Made by a program: the position numbers and the translations under genes. Below are positions 12,988 to 25,375 of a DNA stretch of 64,000 nt, one piece after another. Positions within the stretch are counted from its first letter, which is position 1, and the number at the start of each line of letters is the position of its first letter. The stretch comes from Hemiscyllium ocellatum (taxonomy: Eukaryota), in NCBI RefSeq assembly GCF_020745735.1, contig NC_083419.1:70944096-71008095 (forward strand). Reading direction: 5' to 3'. The notes beneath the pieces were generated by a model. That model was given only the letters and a program-made list of their open reading frames with translations. It was not told the origin of the DNA and did not search any database.

Positions 12988-15849
12988 TTAAATGACAATA
13001 AAGAAGGAGAGTTCACCACTGCTACTGGCAGGGCATTCCATGAACTCACAACCCGCTGTTGTAAAGAATCTACCCCTAACATCTGTCCTATACCTACCAC
13101 CCCTTAATTTAAAGCTGTGTCCCCTAGTAACACCTGACTCCATTAGCGGTAAAAGGTTCTCAGTGTCGACCCTATCTAAACCCCTAATCATCTTATACAC
13201 CTCTATCAAATCTCCCCTAAACCTTCTCTTCTCCAATGAGAACAGCTCCAAGTGCCTCAGCCTTTCCTCATAAGATTTTCCTACCATTCCAGGCAACATC
13301 CTGGTAAACCTCCTCTGCACTCGTTCCAATGCCTCCACATCCTTCCTATGGTATGGCGACCAAAACTGCACACAATACTCCAGATGAGGCTGCACCAGAG
13401 TCTTATACAGTTGCAACATGACCTCAGGACTCCGGAACTCAATTCCTCTACCAATAAAGCCCAGTACACCATATGCCTTCCTCACAGCACTATTTACCTG
13501 GGTGGCAACTTTCAGAGATCTGTGTACATGGACACCAAGATCCCTCTGCTCATCCACACTACCAAGTAGCCTACCATTAGCCCAGTAATCCATCTTCTTG
13601 TTACTCCTACCAAAGTGAATGACTTCACACTTAGCTACATTGAATTCCATTTGCTACATTTCTGCCCAGCTCTGCAACTTATCTATATCCCGCTGTAACC
13701 TACCACTTCCTTCCTCACTATCCACAACTCCACCGACTTTTGTGTCATCCGCAAACTTGCTTACCCAGCTTTCAAGCCCTTCCTCTAGATCATTTATAAA
13801 GATAACAAAAAGCAATGGTCCCAAAACAGATCCTTGTGGTACACCGCTAGTAACTGCACTCCAAGATGAACATAGTCCATCAACTACTACCCTCTGTCTC
13901 CTTCCAGCCAGCCAATTCCTAATCCAAACCTCTAATGTATCCTCAATGCCATACCTCCGTAGTTTTAGCATTAGCCTACCATGGGGAACCTTATCGAACG
14001 CCTTACTAAAATCCATATACACAACATCTACTGCTTTACCCTCGTCCACTTCCTTAGTCACCTTCTCAAAGAACTCAATAAGGTTTGTGAGGCACGACCT
14101 GCCCTTCACAAAACCATGCTGGCTATCCTTGATCACGTTATTCCTATCCAGATGTTCATAAATCTTATCCCTTACCATTCTCTCTAAGACTTTGCCCACC
14201 ACTGAAGTCAGACTCACTGGCCTATAGTTACTAGGGCTATCCCTACTCCCTTTCTTGAACAAGGGGACCACATTCGCTATCCTCCAGTCCTCTGGTACTA
14301 TTCCCGTTGACAATGACGACATAAAAATCCAGGCCAATGTCTCTGCTATCTCCTCCCTAGCTTCCCATAGGATCCTAGGGTAAATGCCATCAGGCCCAGG
14401 AGACTTATCTATTTTCATCCTCTCCAATATTCCCAGAACCTCTTCCCTGCATATTTCCAGGCCATCCATTCTAATCATTTGTGACTCCATATTCACATCA
14501 GCAACAGTGTCCTGTTCCTGAGTGAATACTGATGAAAAGTATTGATTTAGTGTCTCTCCAATCTCCTCCGCCTCCACACACAACTTCCCACTACTATCCT
14601 TGACTTGACCGATACCTACCCTAGTCATCCTTTTATTCCTGACATACCTATAGAAAGCCTTTGGGTTTTCCCTAATCCTACCAGCTAAAGACTTTTCATG
14701 TCCCCTTCTCGCTTCTCTTAGCTCTCTCTTTAGATCCTTCCTGGCTACCTTATAACTCTCTATCGCCCCAACTGAACCTTCACGCCTCATCTTTACATAT
14801 GCCGCCTTCTTCCCTTTCACAAGGGATTCCAATTCCTTATTAAACCACGGCTCCCTCACAAGGCCCTTTACACCATGCCTGACTGGTACATACTTATCGA
14901 GGACACGTAGTAGCTGCTCCTTGAACAATCCCCACATCTCATTAGTGTTCTTCTCTTGAAGCCTGTTTTTCCAATCCACACATCCTAAGTCATGCCTCAC
15001 TGCATCATAATTTCCCTGCCCCCAGCTATAACTCTTGCCCTGCGGCGCACACTTATCCCTCTCCATCACTAAAGTAAAAGTCACCGAGTTGTGGTCACTG
15101 TCCCCGAAGTGCTCACCTTCGTCCAAGTCTAACACCTGGCCTGGTTCATTACCTAGAACCAAATCCAGTATAGCCTCACCTCTTGTTGGCCTGTCTACAT
15201 ATTGTGTCAGGAAACCCTCCTGCACACATTGGACAAACACCGACCCATCTAATGAACTCGAGCGAAAGCTCTCCCAGTCAATATCTGGGAAGTTAAAGTC
15301 CCCCATAACAACCACCCTGCTACCTTCACTCTTTTCCTGAATCATCCTCGCAATATTATCCTCTACTTCTCTAGGACTATTAGGAGGCCTGTAGAAAACA
15401 CCTAACAGGGTGCCCTCACCTTTCCTATTTCTAACCTCAGCCCAAACTACCTCAGATGGCAAGTCCTCTTCCATCGTCCATTCCACTGCTGTAATACTAT
15501 CTTTGACAAGTAATGCCACACCTCCCCCTTTTTTACCCCCATGTCTGATCCTACTAAAACATTTAAACCCTGGAACCTGCAACAGCCATTCTTGTCCCTG
15601 TTCTACCCACGTCTCTGTAATGGCCACAACATCGAAGTCCCAGGTACCAACCCACGCTGCAAGTTCACCTACCTTATTTCTTATACTTCTGGCATTGAAG
15701 TATACACACTTCAATCCACCCTTCTGTTTACAGGCACCCTCCTTCGAGATCGCTGCATTATTCATAACCTCCCTACACTCAAGGTCCTGTACCCTAAAGC
15801 TACAGTCCAGGTTCCCATGCCCCGGCGGAGTTAGTTTAAACCCTCCCAA
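12988..15849 (-). pseudogene. CR1 ORF2 (AP endonuclease plus reverse transcriptase) with in-frame TAG at 13654-13656 and a late frameshift near 13060
   Basis: GDFN and SDH endonuclease motifs; [16 protein letters not shown] and FADD RT motifs. SWAEM*QMEFN (TGG to TAG inferred). Confidence 0.95.
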
Positions 15850-16475
15850 AGAGCACTAGCAAACCTCCCCCCAAGGATACTGGTGCCCCTCAGGTTCAGG
15901 TGTAGACCATCCTTTTTATAGAGGTCCCACCTTCCCCAGAAAGAACCCCAGTTGTCCAGAAACTGGAATCCCTCCCTCCTGCACCATCCCTGTAGCCACG
16001 CATTTAACTGTTCTCTCTCCCTATTCCTCGACTCTCTATCACGTGGCACGGGTAACAAACCAGAGACTACAACTCTGTTTGTTCTAACTCTGAGCTTCCA
16101 ACCCAGCTCCCTGAAAGCCTGTCTGATATCCTCACCCCTCTTCCTACCTATATCATTGGTGCCAACGTGGACCACGATCTGGGGCTGCTCCCCCTCCCCC
16201 TTAAGGACCCGGAAAACACGATCAGCGACATCACGTACCCTTGCACCTGGGAGGCAACATACCAAACGTGAGTCACTGTCGCCCCCACAAAACCGTCTGT
16301 CTGTACCCCTCACTATCGAGTCCCCAAGAACTATCGCTCTACCTTTCTCCACCCTTCCCTTCTGAGCAACGGGGCCAAGCTCTGTGCCAGAGGCCTGAAC
16401 CTCGTTGCTTGCCCCTGGTAAGTCATCCCCCCAACAAGTATCCAAAACGGTATACTTGTTCTTGAGGGGAATGAC
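15831..16475 (-). CDS. CR1 ORF1 C-terminal SGNH/GDSL esterase domain (5' part missing)
   Basis: [16 protein letters not shown] and DGLHL blocks. The ORF-track start at 16634 lies inside a SINE and is spurious. Confidence 0.9.
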   Translation of the reverse strand, partial: VIPLKNKYTVLDTCWGDDLPGASNEVQASGTELGPVAQKGRVEKGRAIVLGDSIVRGTDRRFCGGDSDSRLVCCLPGARVRDVADRVFRVLKGEGEQPQIVVHVGTNDIGRKRGEDIRQAFRELGWKLRVRTNRVVVSGLLPVPRDRESRNREREQLNAWLQGWCRREGFQFLDNWGSFWGRWDLYKKDGLHLNLRGTSILGGRFASALWEGLN

Positions 16476-16480
16476 CGCAA

Positions 16481-16788
16481 GGCACGGTAGCACAGTGGTT
16501 AGCACTGCTGCCTCACAGCACCTGAGACCCGGGTTCAATTCCCGACTCAGGCGACTGACTGTGTGGAATTTGCACGTTCTCCCCGTGTCTGCGTGGGTTT
16601 CCTCCGGGTGCTCCGGTTTCCTCCCACAGTCCAAAGATGTGCAGGTCAGGTGAATTGGCCTTGCTAAATTGTTCGTCGTGTTAGGTAAGGGGTAAATATA
16701 GGGGTATGGGTGGGTTGCGCTTCAGCGGGTCGGTGAGGACTTGTTGGGCCGAAGGGCCTGTTTCCACACTGTAAGTAATCTAATCTAA
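16481..16788 (+). mobile_element. tRNA-derived HE1-type (V-SINE) SINE
   Basis: ggcacggtagcacagtggttagcactgctgcc head, B box ggttcaattcc, core ttctccccgtgtctgcgtggg, CR1-like 3' end and (AATCT)n tail. Confidence 0.9.
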
Positions 16789-19600
16789 GGGAGGAGGTAT
16801 GGGTGCAAGTTTTGCATTTCTTGCGGTTGCAGGAGAAGGTGCCGGGAGTGGAGGTTGGGTTAGTGGGGGGTGTGGATCTGACGAGGGAGTCACGGAGCGA
16901 GTGGTCTTTTTGGAATGCTGATAGTGGAGGGAAGGGAAGTATATCCCTGGTGGTGGGGTCCGTTTGGAGGTGGCGGAAATGACGGTGGATGATACGCCGT
17001 ATATGGAGGTTGGGTGGGGTGGTAGGTGAGAACCAGTGGGGTTCTGTCCTGGTGGTGGCTGGAGGGACAGGGCTCAAGGGCGGAGGAGCGGGAAGTGGAG
17101 GAGATGCGGTGGAGGGCATCGTCAATCATGTCTGGGGGGAATCTGCGGTCCTTGAAGAAGGAGGCCATCTGGGCTATATGGTATTGGAACTGGTCCTCCT
17201 GGGAGCAGATGCGGCAGAGACGAAGGAATTGGGAAATTGGATGGCATTTTTACAGGGGGCAGGGTGGGAGGAGGTGCAGTCTAGGTAGCTATGGGAGTCA
17301 GTTGGTTTATAGTAGATGTCTGTGTTGATTTGGTCGCCTGAGATAGAAATAGAAAGGTCTAGGAAGGGGAGGGAGGAGTCTGATACAGTCCAGGTGAATT
17401 TGAGGGCGGGGTGGAAGGTGTTGGTAAAGTGGATGAACTGTTCAACCACCTCGTGGGAGCACGTGGCAGCGCCGATACAGTCATCGATGTAGCGGAGGAA
17501 AAGATGGGGGGTGGTGCCATGTAGTTGCGGAAGACGGATTGTTCCACATATCCTACGAAGAGATGCTGGAGCCCATGCGGGTGTCCATGGCAACTCCTTT
17601 GGTTTGGAGGAAGTGGGAGGATTGGAAAGAGAAGTTGTTCAGGGTGAGGACCAGTTCAGTCAGTCGAAGGAGGGTGTCAGTGGAAGGGTAGTGGTTGGTT
17701 CGGTGGAAAAGGAAGGAGCGGAGGGCTTTGAGTCCTTCGTGATGGGGGATGGAGGTGTACAGGGACTGGATGTCCATGGTGAAGATAAGGCGTTGGGGAC
17801 CGGGGAAGCGAAAATCATGGAGGAGGTGGAGGGCATGGGTGGTGTCCCGAACGTAGGTGGGAGTTCTTGGACTAAGGGGGACAGGACCGTGTCGAGGTAT
17901 GCGGAGATGAGTTCGCTGGGGCAGGAGCAGGCTGAGTCAATGGGTTGGCGGAGACAGTCAGGTTTGTGGATTTTGGGTAGGAGGTAGAAACGGGCGGTGC
18001 GAGGTTGTGGGATTATGAGGTTGGAGGCGGTGGATGGGAGATCCCCTGAGGTGATGAGGTTATGGATGGTCTGGGAGATGATGGTTTGGTGGTGGGAGAT
18101 GGGGTCATGGTCAAGGGGGCAGTAGGAGGAGGTGTCCGCGAGCTGGCGTTTGGCCTCAGTGGTATAAAGGTCAGTGCGCCAAACTACTACCGCGCCTCCC
18201 TTGTCTGCCGGTTTGATGGTGAGGTTGGGGTTGGAGCGGAGGGAGTGGAGGGCTGCACGTTCCGAAGGTGAGAGGTTGGAGTGGGTACAAGGGGTGGACA
18301 GGTTGAGTTGGTTAATGTCGTGGCGGCAGTTGGCTATAAAGAGATCGAGGCCAGCACGGGGTGTCTAGGTGGATGGGGTGGTGTTGGAGGTGGGAGAAGG
18401 GGTCGTCAGAGGGTGGGCGGGAGTCTTGGTTGAAAAAGTAGGCATGGAGGCGAAGGCGGCGGAAGAATTGTTCAATGTCTCACCGCGTTTTGAACTCATT
18501 AATCCAAGGGCGTAGGGGAATGAAGGTGAGGCCTCTGCTGAGGACTGATCTTTCATCTCAGAGAGGGGGAGGTCTGGAGGGATGGTGAAACACGGCAGGG
18601 CTGGGAGCTAGGACCTGCTGTGGGACTGGAGCTGGGAGTGGGGGCGGGGTTATGCACAGGGGCGGGGACGGAGATAGGCGAGGGGGTGGGGTTAGACGTG
18701 GTGACGGAGATCGGCATGGGGATGGGGTTAGACGTGGTGACAAAGGTCTGCGTGGGGGCGGAGATACATGAGGCGTTGTGGTCGTGCAGGTTAGTGATGT
18801 CACTGGGGGCGGAAGTGGCTGTGGCAACGGCAACCCAAGGGGCGGAAATGGCTGTGGCGACGAAAGAAACGCTGTTATTCCCGATAGCCGCGGGGGTCGC
18901 GAATCCGTCGGCGATGGTCTTCCTGGCGATCGTGGAGGCGGTTGTCTTTTCGGCGATCACGGAGGCTGCGAGGTCGGTGGGTGTGGAAGTGATGTCACGG
19001 TCGGGGGCGGCGGTTGGAACCGCGTGCGCTGTAGCGGCCACGTGGTTAATGGCGTCCGACTGATTACGGAGGCCGATGGAAGATTCTGGAACAGTTGAGG
19101 AACACAGAGTGTAGGGGTAAGTACATGAAAGTTTTCGGTACTTACTGTCTTTAATTTCTGATATGGCTAGGAAGAACTGTTTGTTTAGTGTATGGATTCT
19201 TCTGTAGATGAAGAGCAGTAGAGGTCCTTTGCAAGTTGGTGAGAGTGTTGTCCTGAGCTGGGGTAGGGCTGATTGCAGGGAATGTAGGTAGCGACGCATG
19301 GCTGCAACGGTGGAGCGGAGGATCCGGAGGGAGGTCTGTTGCTGGAGGCTTCGGAATTGTTGCAGGTACAGGTTGGGTCCAAATTTTGTTGGTCGGAACG
19401 TAGTCCGGAGTCCGTGCGGGGTCAGTCAGTTCCGTAGGCAGGTGCTGAGGAAGGAGATGTGGCTGTGGTAACGAGTCTGTTTGAGAACGTGGCTGAAGAA
19501 CTTCTGTGCAGAGGAGATGACCTGGTGGGGTGGGTGCAGTGAGAGAGAGAGACTCACTGAAATCCTTGTAGAGGGAGGAAGAGAGCTCCTTAAAGGAAAA
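16789..19600 (-). mobile_element. Penelope-like element, N-terminal plus RT portion, lacking GIY-YIG
   Basis: MDIQSLYTSIPH, GVAM, LRYIDD and CNRKKCKTC motifs with frameshifts; Pro/Thr-rich N-terminal region. Confidence 0.92.
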
Positions 19601-20490
19601 CCACCTCCAAACGGACCCCACCACCAGGGATATATTTCCCTCCCCTCCACTATCAGCGTTCCAAAAAGACCACTCCCTCCGTGACTCCCTCGTCAGATCC
19701 ACACCCCCCACCAACCCAACCTCCACTCCCGGCACCTTCCCCTGCAACCGCAAGAAATGCAAAACTTGCGCCCACACTTCCTCCCCTACTTCTCTCCAAG
19801 GCCCCAAGGGATCCTTCCATATCCACCACAAATTCACCTGCACCTCCACACACATCATCTACTGCATCCGCTGCACCCGATGTGGCCTCCTCTATATTGG
19901 GGAGACAGGCCGCCTGCTTGCGGAACGTTTCAGAGAACACCTCTGGGACACCCGGACCAACCAACCCAACCACCCCGTGGCTCAACACTTTAACTCCCCC
20001 TCCCACTCCACCAAGGACATGCAGGTCCTTGGACTCCTCCATCGCCAGACCATCACAACACGACGGTTGGAGGAAGAGTGCCTCACCTTCCGCCTGGGAA
20101 CCCTCCAACCACAAGAGATGAACTTAAATTTCCCCAGTTTCCTCATTTCCCCTCCCCCGACCTTGTCTCAGTCGAATCCCTCGAACTCAGCACCGCCTTC
20201 CTAACCTGCAATCTTCTTCCTGACCTCTAGGCCCCCACCCCACTCCGGCCTATCACCCTCACCTTGACCTCCTTCCACCTATCGCATTTGCATCGCCCCT
20301 CCCCCAAGTCCCTCCTCCCTACCTTTTATCTTAGCCTGCTGGACACACTTTCCTCATTCCTGATGAAGGGCTTATGCCCGAAACGTCGAATTTCCTGTTC
20401 CTTGGATGCTGCCTGACCTGCTGTGCTTTTCCAGCAACACATTTTAAGCTCTGATCTCCAGCATCTGCAGTCCTCACTTTCTTCTAGTTC
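19601..20490 (+). mobile_element. Penelope-like element 3' portion (linker, GIY-YIG, pLTR) in the opposite orientation
   Basis: IYCIRCTRCGLLYIGETGRLLAERFREH, plus a pLTR with an intact hammerhead motif. Confidence 0.92.
20356..20391 (+). ncRNA. Minimal hammerhead ribozyme motif in a PLE pLTR
   Basis: attc-CUGAUGA-agggcuuaugccc-GAAAC-GUC-gaat. Stem I attc/gaat, stem II gggc/gccc, palindromic ACGU stem III. Matches the PLE-associated minimal HHR type. Confidence 0.8.
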
Positions 20491-20494
20491 AGGT

Positions 20495-21530
20495 GAAACC
20501 CATCCTTTTAAACAGGTCTTTTCTGTCCCAGAAGAGATCCCAGAGCTCCAAGAAAGTGACTCCCTGCACAGTGCAGCACCTCGTCAACCATTGTTTTATC
20601 TGCCCTGTCCTTTTATTCCTTCCCTCATTAGAACTTGGCACCAGAAGTAAACCAGAGATTCCGACTTTTCATATTCTCTACCTAACCTATGGCATGCACT
20701 TTGTAAAGCTTTAACCTTTTCTCTAACTATGTCATTCCTATCAATATGTGCAATAATTTCCAGCTTCTCACTCTCTCCTTTGACAATCTACTTCAAACGT
20801 TTTGAGACATCCTTCACCCTGGCACCAGAAAAGCAACGTATTCTCCTCGATTCACACTCACTCCCGCAGAATCTCCTGCCTGTGCCCCTCACAGGAGAGT
20901 TCCCAAAAAATATGATTCTTTGAAATCCTAACAAATCCGTTTAACATAAAATTCATTGTTATTGCCCAAGATCTGATGACCACTTACCCAAATTGGAATA
21001 TCTGTTTGAGAGAGGAATAACCACAGGAGACTTCGAAACCACCTTCGTACCCTCCCTGACGGACAGTTATCGATCTGAATGATCTCGCTGTGTAATCACT
21101 TTGCTAAATCTATTTGTCTTCACACTCAGTATCTCTTGCAGGCCGTCAGTAACATTCATCATACAATGAAGGAGTTTTCATTAGCACGTTATATACTAAA
21201 TTAAACGATCAGATTCATTATGAAGCATGCTAAAAATCCAACATATATATTAAAAAGAAATCAAACACTTAACTGAACAAATGAAAAAAAAGACAACTCC
21301 ACCTCAAGTAATCCAACATTCAGCTTTCACTGTCCGGATACAAAAACCTCTCCCGAGCTGTCCCTATACAGGCTTCTCCACAAGCTCCATGTATAAACAA
21401 TCTGTCCTTCCTCATGTACTTTTTTAACTTGATTATTTTTCTCAAATCTCACCCACCACTGACCGCAGGCTCACCAGTCTATAGTTCCCTGGCTTTTCCT
21501 TATCACCTGTTTTAAATAATGGCACCATGT
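20495..21530 (-). mobile_element. Old degenerate CR1 fragments (ORF1 esterase region plus an ORF2 piece)
   Basis: GNSPVRGT (GDSIVRGT-like) at about 20880-20902 minus; ggaaaagccagggaactatag RT-region motif at about 21480-21500. Confidence 0.6.
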
Positions 21531-22975
21531 TAGGAAGGGACCTTTCCCCTTTCTCCTTCCATTCTCTTCCTCTCCATCTCCATTTTTGGTGATAGGGTCA
21601 ACATGGGCATCTACTTCATACTGACTGACTCCCACAGTTACCTGGTCTACACCTCCTCCAACCCCCCCACTCCTATAAAAATGCCTTCCCTTATTCCCAA
21701 TTCCTCTGCCTCCGCCTTCCTCTGCTCCCAGGAGGACCAATTCCACCATTGAAAATCCCAGATGGCCTCCTTCTTCAAGGACCGCAGATTCCCCTCCTAC
21801 ATGGTTGATGATATCCTCCAGTGCATCTCCTCCACTTCCTGCACCTCCGTCTTTGAAGCTCACCTCTCCAATCCCAACAAGGAGAGAACACCCCAGTCCT
21901 CACCTTCTACTCCAACACCCTTCAGATAAAACAAGTCATCCTCTGCCATTTCTGCCCCCTACAAATAGACCCCACTACCAGGGATATATTTCCCTCCCCA
22001 CCCTATCAGTGTTCTGCAGAGACCATTCCCTCCGCGAATCCCTTGTTAGGGCCACACCCCCCACCAAGCCACCCTCCACTCCTGGCACCTTCCCCTGCCA
22101 TCGCAAGAGGTGCAAACTGTCCCTACACCATCCCCTCACTTCCATCCAAGGCCCCAAAGGATCCTTGCACATCTAGCAGAGATTTACCTGTGCTTCCACA
22201 CACACCATCTGCTCTGTCCGTTTCTCTTGGTGTGGTCTCCTCTACATTGGGGACACAGGACACCTATTTGAGAAACGTTGCAGAGAACATTGTTAGATTA
22301 GATTACTGACAGTGTGGAAACAGGCCCTTCAGCCTAACAAGTCCACACCGACCCTTCAAAGTGCAACCCACCCAGACCCTGTTTCTTCAAAGACTCTGTC
22401 TTCAGTTTCCTTCTGGGACACAGTCACTAAACAGCCCCACCACTCTGTGGCAAAACACTTTAACTCTCCCTCCCATTCCACCAAGGACATTCAAGTCCTG
22501 GGCCTCCTCCACCGCCAAACTCTGACCACCTGATGCCTGGAGGAAGAACGCCTCATCATTCACCTTGGGACCCTCCAACCACACGGGTTCGATGTAGATT
22601 TCACCAGTTTCCTCATTTCCCTTCCCTCCACCTTATCTCAGATCCAACCATCCAACTCAGCACGGCCCTCTTGAACTGTCCTACCTGTCCATCTTCCTTC
22701 CCACCTGTCTGCTTCACCCTCCTTTCTGACCTATCATCATCACCCCCACCTCTATTTACCTATTATATTCCCAGCTACCTTCCCCCCCAAGTCCCACCCC
22801 ACCCCTCCCATTTATCTCTCAGCCCCCAAGGACCCCATCTCATTCCTGATGAAGATCTTATGCTTGAAGCATCGACTCTCCAACTCCTCGGATGCTGTCT
22901 GACTGGCTGTGTTTTTCCAGCACTATGATTTTCAACTCTGATCTCCAGCATCTGCAATCCTCACTTTCTCCAAGA
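21530..22975 (+). mobile_element. Degenerate PLE 3' fragment interrupted by a SINE tail (22293-22380, minus)
   Basis: PGTFPCHRKRCK linker, GIY-YIG remnant, decayed pLTR hammerhead at about 22843-22880. Confidence 0.85.
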
Positions 22976-23054
22976 GCATGACTCTGTCCAGCAGCATGTC
23001 CAAATGCATACATCATCACCACCATCGACAAGTGGAAGGGGGAAGGAGAGGACT

Positions 23055-23442
23055 GTCTCTCTGTCACTGACCCAGGGGAGAGCAGACTGACCCCACTGTG
23101 TCTGTGTCACTGACCCAGGGAAGAGCAGACTGACCCCACTGTGTCTCTGTCACTGACCCAGGAGAGAGCAGACTGACCCCACTGTGTCTCTGTTACTGAC
23201 CCAGGGGAGAGCAGACCGACCCCACTGTGTCTCTGTCACTGACCCAAGGAAGAGCAGACTGACCCCACTGTGTCTCTGTCACTGACCCAGGAGAGAGCAG
23301 ACTGACCCCACTGTGTCCCTGTTACTGACCCAGGGAGAGCAGACTGACTACACAGTGTCTCTGTCACTGACCCAGGAGAGAGCAGACTGACCCCACTGTG
23401 TCCCTGTTACTGAACCGGGGGAGAGCAGACTGACCCCACTGT
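23055..23442. repeat. 43-bp minisatellite, about 9 copies
   Basis: Unit tgtgtctctgtcactgacccaggggagagcagactgaccccac. Confidence 0.95.
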
Positions 23443-25314
23443 CATGTCCAGTGCACATGTAGGAGACACGTCACGTGCACAAAGATTGCACAAAGATTTT
23501 GTTTTATGCGAAGTTCTCAGGGTCTGAGAGGAAGGGGCCATCACACCAACAGCTAGAGGACGTTTCCCTGTGTCTTCCCACTGAAACTGGGCTGGAACAG
23601 AATTTCTGTAAATTGGTCACTTGACTCCAGGTCCGTTTGCTGAAACAGAACCCTTTAAAACTGAGAGTAACTGGCAATGCGAGAGTTAATGATGACCGAT
23701 GGCCATTGTGTAGAAGAGTATTGTTACCGTGCTCTGATCCTTCCGCTAAAATAAGTAGGGCATTGGCTTTCCTCGCGCCAGCAAAGCCAAGGCGAAACCT
23801 GATGTGCTGGTGTCACAGTGCACCACAGATTCCTAACGTAGTCTCTCTGTCAATTGTACGCCAAAGCAGCCTCTGAAGGGGCCTCATTTGGAAGATGTCA
23901 GCCACTTTTCAAAGTGTGCAAATCAGCATCCGAAAACCTGAATTGTGTTTTGGAGTAGTTACCATGTCAGTGGCTCACTCCATCAGCAACAGCAATGGAT
24001 GAATTTGCAGTCTGAGATGAAGCTCTGGACTTGTCCTATCATAGAGTCACTAATATTAACGTGTGCCCCCGAAATCTCAGTCATGTTGGAACTGAAACTG
24101 AGGAAATGACAGAAAGGCTACCGAACGACATTGTATCCATTTTGTTTTCTTGACATCACAGGGGAGCAGAAAAAGGCAAACAGGGTGGGGGGAAAATAAC
24201 ACAGTGAGGCACGTGTAGCTCTGCTGAAACTCCTTCTCGCTGATTCAGTCAACAGCGAGAGACGTGAAGGTGACTCAGGCAGGAGAGCTTTTCACATGGA
24301 GAACAAAGAGCAGTCACATACAGTTAGCACCTCTTTGACATCTCCTGGGGGTGGGGGTGGGGGCGCTGCCTTTTGAATTCTGTCATAATGTTCAGAAACT
24401 GTGTTTTGTGCATCTCTAATAAGCACCATGGAATTTAGTGAACTTTACTGAGTCGCTTCTCATCGATTCCCACACAGGTTTCCAACTCAGCTGGCAGCCA
24501 TGGGACTCATGTCCAGGTGTGGACAGCTCTGCAGCAAATTGCACGGTTAAGGTACAAGAGAAGGAAACTGGCAACTCGTACCGGCTCTGGGGTTCGGACA
24601 GACTCACAATGTGATCTGTCCTTCTCGAATTCGAATGGTAACTCAGCTTTTCAGGTGGAGAACATTCTTTGGGACTCTTTTACTGCAAAACAGTCGCGGT
24701 AAGTGTAACTACGCTACACAGGATAATCCGACACACGGTCTGCTCAGCTTTGTACATTTTTCCTGTAGTCCGATGTTTTCTCATGTTACGTGTAATTGCG
24801 AAAGTTGTTCTGTTTCGAGCAATGGGCAAAATCATTTACCAAAAGAAGAATCTAAATTCCAGTACTGTCGTACAGCTCACCGTTTCTTTATCGAATCGTA
24901 ACCGAATGTACTTTCTCACAGACACATTACATTTGTCACTCAAACACGTCTCAGAAGGTAGAATCAGCTTCCCATTGATTTTTGTTTGGATTGTAGGGCT
25001 ATCATGATCTGTTGTAAAATTGATATTGTAGCTCGGCATATCCCAACAGCAATGCGAGCAGGGCAGGGATCGTGGAACCATTTCCCTGGGACTTTGCTTC
25101 GATTGCTTGGAAGAGCACCATTGACAATGTATGAAAATGCATGACTGCTGCGTCTGGGCTATGGTCGAATGGTGTAAGCCGCTGGGTTTAGAGGCCAATG
25201 AAGCTGGTCAACAACCAGCTCTCCTGAACAGGAAGGTGAAGCGTGAAACGGCTGCAAATTCCAATGCTGAACAACTCTGAGCAGCAGCAGCCGAAAGAAC
25301 CGGCAGCCTGGCGG

Positions 25315-25375
25315 GTGTCTGTAGTGTAGTGGTTATCACATGCGAAAGGTCCCCGTTAGAAACTGGGCAGAAACA
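25315..25375 (+). pseudogene. trnV: tRNA-Val pseudogene with the anticodon arm deleted
   Basis: gtgtctgtagtgtagtggttatcac-atgcgaaaggtccccgttagaaactgggcagaaaca aligns to vertebrate tRNA-Val (GTTTCCGTAGTGTAGTGGTTATCAC...GCGAAAGGTCCCCGGTTCGAAACCGGGCGGAAACA) with about 11 nt missing. Confidence 0.85.

Larger units (their letters stand above)
12863..16478 (-). mobile_element. Young, near-complete CR1 LINE (partial ORF1 plus ORF2 plus 3' tail)
   Basis: Esterase ORF1, APE-RT ORF2 and a (TTCTATG)n tail at 12866-12887. Confidence 0.97.

Noticed and set aside
13619-14161. 180-aa plus-strand ORF and similar ORFs at 15035-16465
   Set aside because: They are antisense to CR1 ORF2/ORF1, with no independent evidence.
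16405-16653. ORFs such as MDCGRKPEHPEETHADTGR (also 35838, 38475)
   Set aside because: They are translations of the non-coding HE1 SINE.
23055-23442. CRISPR-like periodicity
   Set aside because: There are no unique spacers; it is a plain tandem repeat in a vertebrate genome.
23689-23737. Box C (ATGATGA) and box D (CTGA) pair suggesting a snoRNA
   Set aside because: Short spacing, no terminal stem, no host gene, and no recognisable guide.
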